From NCBI GenBank assembly GCA_964641225.1, contig CAZXKC010000005.1, forward strand, positions 32,134 to 96,133: a stretch of 64,000 bases of DNA. The letters are read 5' to 3'. The DNA is from an uncultured Candidatus Saccharibacteria bacterium (GTDB taxonomy: Bacteria > Patescibacteriota > Minisyncoccia > UBA6257 > 1-14-0-10-44-23). The notes under the pieces were generated by a model, which worked only from the letters and a program-made list of their open reading frames with translations, was not told where the DNA came from and did not search any database. The position numbers were made by a program, and so were the translations under genes. Position 1 is the first letter of the stretch; every line of letters begins with the position of its first letter. Below, piece after piece: positions 1 through 6,436 of the stretch.

Positions 1-250
1 GAGCAGTAAGAAGCGCAGCAATTTCAGTATTCGCATATACTTTGCATGCGTCACGTGTTACAAAAGCCCCAATATTTTTTGCGTTAAAGTGGTCTTGGTG
101 CGAGTGTGTGATAAAGACCGCATCAATTTTTCCAACAGTATCAATGTTTAAAAATCCCTCGCCGAAGCTCCACGATCCCGGATCAATCAAGATTCGCTTT
201 CCGTTATCCTCAATGAGCAGGCAGGAGTGCAATAGTTTTTGAATTTTCAT
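1..250 (-). CDS. MBL-fold metallo-hydrolase, N-terminal part (gene continues beyond window start)
   Basis: Reverse-strand translation from ATG at 248-250 gives MKIQKLLHSCLLIEDNGKRILIDPGSW...DAVFITHSHQDHF. This is the HxHxDH metallo-beta-lactamase motif. The ORF runs off the window edge. Confidence 0.6.
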   Translation of the reverse strand, partial: MKIQKLLHSCLLIEDNGKRILIDPGSWSFGEGFLNIDTVGKIDAVFITHSHQDHFNAKNIGAFVTRDACKVYANTEIAALLTA

Positions 251-251
251 A

Positions 252-1007
252 CTACGTCAAAATTCGTGGGCCGTCAGCAGTAATCGCAATGGTTTTTTCG
301 AAATGCGCGCCCATGCTGCCATCTTTTGTCCCATAGCTTTCGTCATCGAGCTGGATCATTTCTCCTGTGCCGATTCCGACCATGGGCTCGATAGCAATAA
401 CCATGCCGGCGACAAGCTTTGGGCCCGTCCCCGCCTTGCCTTCGTTCATAACAGACGGCTCTTCGTGTAAATTCTTGCCAACGCCGTGACCGGTTAAGCC
501 TTTGACGACATAGAAACCATTTTTCTTAATAAAGGTGCCAATTGCGTTGCCGATATCGCCTACTGTGTTGCCTACTTTGGCTGCAGCTATACCGAGCTCA
601 AGCGCCTCTTCGGTCACGCTGATCAGTTTATGGATTTCCGGCGTTCCTTTGCCAACTACGACGGTAAAAGCCGAATCAGAGTACCAGCCGTTGATTTTCA
701 CGCCGCCGTCGATTGAGACAACATCTCCGTTTTTAATTTTGTACTTGCTCGGTACGCCGTGGACAACAACATCGTTAACCGATGTGCAGAGTGTGGCCGG
801 ATACGGCTTTGTTGCGCCTTTTGGTTGATACCCTAAAAATGCCGGCTCACCGCCTGCATCAATAATTAATTTTTTTGCCCGTGCATCAAGCTCGAGGAGT
901 GTCATGCCCGGCTTTATTTCTTTTTTCAGTGTGTCTAACACCGAACGCAAAATAGCGCCGGCTCGGGCGATTGTTTCGATTTCTGCTTGAGATTTAATTA
1001 ACGCCAT
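252..1007 (-). CDS. map: Methionine aminopeptidase type I
   Basis: 251-aa ORF with the canonical MetAP-I fold sequence, including GHGVG and the metal-ligand D/H/E residues. The reported end includes the TAG stop. Confidence 0.9.
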   Translation of the reverse strand: MALIKSQAEIETIARAGAILRSVLDTLKKEIKPGMTLLELDARAKKLIIDAGGEPAFLGYQPKGATKPYPATLCTSVNDVVVHGVPSKYKIKNGDVVSIDGGVKINGWYSDSAFTVVVGKGTPEIHKLISVTEEALELGIAAAKVGNTVGDIGNAIGTFIKKNGFYVVKGLTGHGVGKNLHEEPSVMNEGKAGTGPKLVAGMVIAIEPMVGIGTGEMIQLDDESYGTKDGSMGAHFEKTIAITADGPRILT

Positions 1008-1089
1008 TTTTTTTATTTGTCATCCCGAAGCCGAGGGATCTTTTTTCTTAAGGATGAGATGCTTCGGCTTCAGCATGACAGCGGGATCG

Positions 1090-1764
1090 TTATTTCAAAT
1101 GCTTCAAGATTTCAGCAAAAATGACCGGCGGCTTTTGATCGGCATTTATAGTGACAATATTCATTCCTTGTTTTCGCAACTCATCAAGAATTGGGAGCGT
1201 ACGTGTTGTGTATTGTTCGTAACGGGTTTTATACGTTTCAGGATTGTCGTCTTTGCGGACCTTGAGTTCACCCATGCAGATTGGACAATCGGTGACGGGT
1301 GCGTCGCTTAGAATCATCGTTGCGCAGGTATTGCAGGTGCGACGAATTGTGTTGCGACCTGCGGCAATCTCTGGCTTGATATCGAGATAGAACGCGTGGA
1401 CGTTTTCCGGCCCGTATAATTTTTTCAGTGTCGCAACGAGTCCGACGGTAGTTTTATTGCCAAAGGCTTCGTACATCGTGCGCGGTGAGCCTGAATAAAC
1501 GATGCTCATGCCCGCCTTGGCAATTTTCTTCACCTCTTTTTTAAACATCGAAAGAACCCAAGTTGGGCTGTTGAGGATTCCTTTTTCGTTCATCTCGCGC
1601 TCCTTTTTGATACGCGCATTTTCTTGATTTGCCGGATCATACAGAACTTGGCGGATTTGTTTGCCGCTGTCCCAGTGATAAAAGCCTTTGGTCCAGGCAA
1701 GTAAATTTGCCTGCGTGCCCTTGCCGCTACCCGGTGTGCCAAAAATAAAAACTGCTTGTTTCAT
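1090..1764 (-). CDS. adk: Adenylate kinase (long form with Zn-finger LID)
   Basis: N-terminal P-loop GTPGSGKGTQ and a LID region with CNTC...CPIC cysteines; 224 aa. Confidence 0.9.
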   Translation of the reverse strand: MKQAVFIFGTPGSGKGTQANLLAWTKGFYHWDSGKQIRQVLYDPANQENARIKKEREMNEKGILNSPTWVLSMFKKEVKKIAKAGMSIVYSGSPRTMYEAFGNKTTVGLVATLKKLYGPENVHAFYLDIKPEIAAGRNTIRRTCNTCATMILSDAPVTDCPICMGELKVRKDDNPETYKTRYEQYTTRTLPILDELRKQGMNIVTINADQKPPVIFAEILKHLK

Positions 1765-2064
1765 TGTGAATACGCTTAACTAATAATACAAATGGGCTCA
1801 GCAGATGCGCATACGAATAAGAAAAGGATAACAGGTTTCGAGAGGGTTGTAAAAAAGATATTGGGCCGCTCTAGCTATTGCCAGGCGGCCCTTTTTGCTT
1901 TTAAAAATCTTATTTTATCGATTTATAAGTACATTATACACCCGTTCGTGATTCTTGTCAATCCCCTGAAAACAACGTATTTAAGGGCTTTTTGAGGCGC
2001 AAAAGTAGCCCCGCCAGAGGCGGGCAAGCGGGCCTGGCGCAGTAGCGGCGCCCGGAAAGGTTCC

Positions 2065-2106
2065 TTCTAATACGTCTATCGTCCTCTAATACCTCTATTC
2101 CCTCTA
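2065..2106. repeat. Copy 1 of a ~42-nt repeated 3'-UTR element (TTCTAATACgTCTATcgtcCTCTAATACcTCTATTCCCTCTA)
   Basis: Seen directly in the sequence. It has an internal direct repeat TCTAATACNTCTAT and lies at/after the ndh stop codon. The second copy is at 12204-12244. Confidence 0.6.
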
Positions 2107-3390
2107 TCCCAATCTGTCGTTTCTCAAGAAAATCCAAAGTCCATGCAGCCAGTATCTCAAGGCGCGTACCGGTTTAAAGATCGAAAGCAGATAATTAAGC
2201 TCAACGATACCTTTCGTTATCCAGGCAAGAATTCCGGAGAAAATAATTGGTCCAAAACGTGCGATCGCGTATTTGCCACCGACGGGCAAGATATAGGGAT
2301 ACTCTCTCGGGTGGTAGCGCTTCATCTTAACGGTATGAATCAAATCTTGTTCTGCGAGGAGTTCTTGCAAGATGTTGTACGCAACAACTTTGCCTTGCTG
2401 GATGGCCGCGCGGGCAACGCCCGGCGTTGGCCGGCCGGTTTTTTTGTCCATAAATGCGACGGCGTCCCCTATTCCAAAAATTTTTGCGCCTAATTTTAAA
2501 TCCTCTGCCTCTGGCAGACTGACCATCTCTTCGGTTACCATCACGCGATTACCGGTCGGGTCTTTTTTCATGCCAAGCGTGCTCATCAAGTGATTTGGTG
2601 CAACGCCGCCTGTCCAGACTAAGATATCGTACTGAGCGCGTTTTCCGCTTTTTAAAATCACTTCTTTTTCCTCTGCTGATTGAATCAGCTCTCCTGTCAT
2701 TACTCCGACGCCAATGCGCGTGAGGCGGTTTTGCGCGCGCGAAATAATTCCCTTGCTAAACGCAGGAAGGATTGTCTGGCCGCCATCAATTATCGTAACT
2801 GAATCGGTACACTGGCCACGCGCAATGCGCGGGAGTTCTTTGAGTAAATTTTTAATTTCGCAGGCAAGCTCAACTCCGGTCGGGCCGCCTCCACCGATAA
2901 TCACTTTTACTGACGGGCGCTCCTCTTTTTCTACGCGCTGGATAATTTCTTCACGAATGTGCAGTGCATCGACAAATGTTTTAAGCGGCAGCGAGTGCTG
3001 TGCCAGCCCGGGAATATTAAAATAATTAACCTGACTACCAAGTGCGAGTACGAGCCAATCAAACGAAAGTGCTGTGCCGCTTTCAAAACGCAGCTCAGCC
3101 TTCATCGGATCGATCTGCGTAACCGTTGATTGAATAAATTCTATAGGCAGTCCGTCTATGATTTCAGTAATTGGCAGCGCGACAATTCGTTTAAGCTGCG
3201 AATTTGAGGCAATCATGTCTGTCGTCGTGGCAATTTCGTACAGCGTTGGCGTAAATGTGTGATAACTATTTTTATCAATTAAAATAACCTTGTATTGCTC
3301 CGTGAGGTTATTTTTTTTAATCCCCCGGGCGATGCTGCGTGCGGTTTGCAGGCCGCCAAAACCGGCGCCGAGGATGATGATTGATTTCAT
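2104..3390 (-). CDS. ndh: Type II NADH dehydrogenase / FAD-dependent pyridine nucleotide-disulfide oxidoreductase
   Basis: N-terminal GAGFGG dinucleotide-binding motif and a second GGGPTG Rossmann motif; 428 aa, typical NDH-2 architecture. Confidence 0.8.
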   Translation of the reverse strand: MKSIIILGAGFGGLQTARSIARGIKKNNLTEQYKVILIDKNSYHTFTPTLYEIATTTDMIASNSQLKRIVALPITEIIDGLPIEFIQSTVTQIDPMKAELRFESGTALSFDWLVLALGSQVNYFNIPGLAQHSLPLKTFVDALHIREEIIQRVEKEERPSVKVIIGGGGPTGVELACEIKNLLKELPRIARGQCTDSVTIIDGGQTILPAFSKGIISRAQNRLTRIGVGVMTGELIQSAEEKEVILKSGKRAQYDILVWTGGVAPNHLMSTLGMKKDPTGNRVMVTEEMVSLPEAEDLKLGAKIFGIGDAVAFMDKKTGRPTPGVARAAIQQGKVVAYNILQELLAEQDLIHTVKMKRYHPREYPYILPVGGKYAIARFGPIIFSGILAWITKGIVELNYLLSIFKPVRALRYWLHGLWIFLRNDRLG

Positions 3391-3520
3391 GCCCTTTAAT
3401 GTACTATGAGCGCGAATAGCGCACTATATTAAAAAATTGACGGTGTAGTCTGTATTACGATAACGATAGCTCAAGTGTAGCAGACTTTAGAAAAAAGCGC
3501 CGTCTGAATTTCGGCCAGAA

Positions 3521-3966
3521 ATTAGAAAGGGGTCCAGGCAGTGACGCGAGGACCCCTCGGGGGTGCCGCACGCGACTCATCAAGGTTGTGCGATGAGCGG
3601 CGGCGGGGAGAGAAGATTCTGGGTGTGAGGCGCTGTGTTGCGGGCGCAGCGCCTCACGGAGCTAAGTTGCGCGGACCGTCCGCGAACGGAGCTTGTGTGC
3701 AAGGAGGAGCCGCTTGCCTACCCTATGAGAGGAGATCTCGGGAGGTCGGGTGTGCTGCGCACTCCTCCTGCAGGAAACAGAAAGATTCAGGATGTGGGGG
3801 TCTCAGACCGGTCGGACCGCTTTGGGGCACGGCATTGTTGAATTTAGCCCTCGGAGGCCTAGACCAGCCGAGGGTCGGAATTCCAGTGCACTCAGTTTCC
3901 CGCGTGCTGTGCCATCTGCCGTTATACGGAACGATTAGGTCCTTTGTGCGAGACCCCCACGATTTC
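3521..3966. ncRNA. High-GC (~62%) non-coding island with extensive secondary structure; candidate structured RNA of unassigned class
   Basis: No credible ORF; those present are only R/P/G-rich artefacts. Hairpins include GTGAGGCGCTG...CAGCGCCTCAC (11 bp), GGGGTCC...GGACCCC and CCCTCGG...CCGAGGG. The two ends can pair (GGGGGTGCCGCAC / GTGCGAGACCCCC). There are short RNase-P-like strings (GGGGAGAGAAGAUUCUGGG, AACAGAAAG) but no complete P4. Confidence 0.3.
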
Positions 3967-4022
3967 TAAAGATCAGAATATAATTATACGCCTTTTTTAT
4001 AAGGCGTCAAGAAGCGCGATTT

Positions 4023-5159
4023 TTATCGAATTTCCGCGGCAAACTGTTTTTTTGTCTCTTCGATCACTTTATTTTGTAACGGCTCAATTTCTTCAACTTT
4101 GAGGGTTCGATCAGTGCTCCGATAGACGATTCGGTAGGCATAGCTGATTTTGTCCGCTCCGAACTTTTTCTCGTTTTCGTATTTATCAAGCAGTGTCACC
4201 TCTTCGGCCAAATCGCCGACAATGTCGCGGATTAGGTCAAAGTAGTTGTTTGGTACGAATGTCTTTGGTACGACAAACGAGATATCGCGCGTGATCGGCG
4301 GATACTTACTGACTGTTTTAAATTTGTTACCAAGTTTCAGTTGTTTTTTTACGCGTTCGTCAGCCGACCAGAAGAGACGGATGTCGGGCAAATCCATGCT
4401 GATGATTCCAAGTCGCTCGAGACCAAATCCAAAAGCCCAACCATTGTATCCTTCAATACCAAAATTTTTAAGTACTGATTTTTTCGGCATTCCTCCACCC
4501 AAAATTTCTATCCAACGATCCCCGACTTTAACCTCAACTTGCAGTGATGGATCTGTGTATGGAAATGTATCGTCCAAAAAGCGATATTCAACATCTTTGC
4601 CAAATAAATTTTCTACGATTTGCGAAAGGACTTTTTTTAGCTCATCAAGCGGCATAATGCCTTTGCTGTCCGGCTGTAAATACCAGGCACCAAATTGATG
4701 GAAGACATTCATGTGTCGACTGTCGATTTCATCCTTTCGGTATACCTTGCCATAGCAGACAGTGCCAACTGACTCGCCACGCGCAATCCGCTCTTGTATC
4801 TCCGGCTGATTCAAATAGTAATACCACATGACCGTATCATGTGTGCGCAAAATATTTTTTTCATCCACGTAGTAAGTATCAGACTTACTTCGTGCAGGAT
4901 GGTTTGGTGCGAAATCGAACAAGTCAAATGTGATAGAGGTCGGTACAATTTCTGGAATGACAATGTTGTCAAGATTTTTTAAAACATCTGTGGCTCGCGC
5001 CCGAGCAACGATTTCGTAGAGGGGGCTCTCCGGCGTCCGCGACAAATCCGGCATCGCCAAAAAGCGCTTCATGCGCAGGGCTTCGGGGTCGCTGCGACCT
5101 TCCAATACTTTTAACGCCTGTTTCTCTTCCGGTGCGTTTATGATGATTTCTTTGGGCAT
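4023..5159 (-). CDS. pheS: Phenylalanine--tRNA ligase, monomeric mitochondrial-like form (PheS catalytic core fused to C-terminal FDX-ACB anticodon-binding domain)
   Basis: Class II motif 2 (YRKDEIDSRHMNVFHQ) and motif 3 (AFGFGLERL) are present. There is no N-terminal coiled coil. An extra ~100 aa C-terminal has the FDX-ACB signature (DISFVVP...YAYRIVYRSTDRTL). Confidence 0.8.
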   Translation of the reverse strand: MPKEIIINAPEEKQALKVLEGRSDPEALRMKRFLAMPDLSRTPESPLYEIVARARATDVLKNLDNIVIPEIVPTSITFDLFDFAPNHPARSKSDTYYVDEKNILRTHDTVMWYYYLNQPEIQERIARGESVGTVCYGKVYRKDEIDSRHMNVFHQFGAWYLQPDSKGIMPLDELKKVLSQIVENLFGKDVEYRFLDDTFPYTDPSLQVEVKVGDRWIEILGGGMPKKSVLKNFGIEGYNGWAFGFGLERLGIISMDLPDIRLFWSADERVKKQLKLGNKFKTVSKYPPITRDISFVVPKTFVPNNYFDLIRDIVGDLAEEVTLLDKYENEKKFGADKISYAYRIVYRSTDRTLKVEEIEPLQNKVIEETKKQFAAEIR

Positions 5160-5169
5160 AAACTATATC

Positions 5170-5610
5170 TTAGTACCAATCAACTAGTTCAGTAAAGCGG
5201 ACATAAAAACCAAACGGATCAACTACTCTAAAATCTTTTTTATTCCAACGTTTAAGCGTAAGCGGTTGAGCGATTTGCTCGGGCAATAATTTTTCTTTTA
5301 TTGAATTCCAAAATTCTTCAACATCAGAAACGGGGATAGTTATTTCTACCTCATATCCTCTACGAGTACCGACTGGGAAATCTTTAAAGAATGAGTGTTG
5401 CGAAACTTTTTCTTTATCTCCGTAAAAGTTCAGATGCGTTTCGCCCAGGGCGTCAGCTCTTTTTAGAATCATATAACCAAGGTCGCTATTCCCGCCACTC
5501 TGTGGGTCATAGCGTAATTGCGTAAAACCAAATAATCCATAGAAATCACGGGCTTTTTGAAAGTCCGGAACATGAAGTTCCAGAACTAAATTATTGATAA
5601 CTTTATCCAT
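5170..5610 (-). CDS. VOC/glyoxalase-bleomycin resistance family protein
   Basis: 146-aa protein with paired beta-alpha-beta-beta-beta modules typical of the vicinal oxygen chelate fold. The assignment is from similarity only. Confidence 0.6.
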   Translation of the reverse strand: MDKVINNLVLELHVPDFQKARDFYGLFGFTQLRYDPQSGGNSDLGYMILKRADALGETHLNFYGDKEKVSQHSFFKDFPVGTRRGYEVEITIPVSDVEEFWNSIKEKLLPEQIAQPLTLKRWNKKDFRVVDPFGFYVRFTELVDWY

Positions 5611-5683
5611 GGTACCAGTAGTAAGAATCGAACTTACGTCTCGGCCTTATGAAAGCCTCGCTCTACCATTGAGCTATACTGGC
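5610..5683 (-). tRNA. tRNA-Met (anticodon CAT; could instead be the lysidine Ile2 species)
   Basis: Reverse complement folds as a cloverleaf: acceptor GCCAGTA/TACTGGT, D-arm GCTC-AATGGTA-GAGC, anticodon loop TTCATAA, T-arm GTAAG-TTCGATT-CTTAC, 3' CCA encoded. Confidence 0.85.
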
Positions 5684-5805
5684 ATCGCTCGGTTCTTTGT
5701 TTTCTGACAGGACTCACCCTTCGGGATTGCCATAAAACAAAGATCCTCTCTCCTACAATTACAAAAGATATACTACCGATTTTTGAGACTTATTGCAATG
5801 TTTGC

Positions 5806-6300
5806 TTGTGCGGGTGTAGACTGACTATGAACCGGCTGAAGTGGTGGCCGGAAGGAGGTGATCATGGCCTGGTTCGGAGGAGAGGGTTCTGGGGGTGGCT
5901 CCGCCACCTACAGACCTCGGAGGATGTTCGATGCCGGGTTCTCTGGTGCTCGCGGGATCAAGCCAGATCCTCTTCCTGCTGGGACCGGCAAGTCGCTGGT
6001 CGGAAGGGCGCACGTGTCCTACGCCTGCTCTGAAAGGCCCTGGGAGGGGCCGGCCGAGTGGGCTCGTCCCACGACGGTCGGCGACCCGCCCGACTGGCAC
6101 AGTCCGTAGGCAGGTCACTGCAGCGAGGGATGCCGGGCGCGCAACGCGCGCCCGGCACTTCGATTTATCCCCTTTGACGATTCTAGTATTTTGCTTTATA
6201 ATTACAACTTACCGGTCAACTGACAGCGGAGTAGGGAAACGGTATCCCGCCACGCTCATAACGTGGAGATAGGACGTTCGACTCGTCTCTCCGCAACCCT
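5806..6300. ncRNA. High-GC non-coding island with tRNA-like 3' end; candidate structured RNA (intron-containing tRNA or other) of unresolved identity
   Basis: No credible ORF. There is a perfect 11-bp hairpin GCCGGGCGCGC-aac-GCGCGCCCGGC. The 3' end has a T-arm-like GGACG-TTCGACT-CGTCT followed by CTCCGCA-A-CCC, which can pair with 5' TGCGGG at 5809-5814. Confidence 0.25.
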
Positions 6301-6436
6301 GTAGTACAAACTCGACCGCACGCGCTTCGCGCCGGCGTTGTTGTTAGTCAAGCGTTTTCCGAATTACTATCTTTTTACTTAGCTAGCAATTTTCTAGCAT
6401 TGAAAGTCGAGTTTGACTCCGTGGGCGTAGCACTAC

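Noticed and set aside
3521-3966. RNase P RNA assignment for the 3.5-3.97 kb island
   Set aside because: Only partial P4-like and ACAGAAA-like strings are present, and no complementary P4 3' strand or P15/P18 elements were found. It is left as unassigned.
3541-3969. 142-aa GTG-initiated ORF and nested ORFs across the 3.5-3.97 kb island
   Set aside because: Arg/Gly/Pro/Cys-rich low-complexity translation with no SD and dense hairpins. It is treated as non-coding structured DNA/RNA.
5806-6300. tmRNA (ssrA) assignment for the 5.8-6.3 kb island
   Set aside because: A T-arm-like end is present, but the acceptor stem lacks the universal G3:U70 alanine identity pair. No tag-peptide reading frame ending in a stop could be located.
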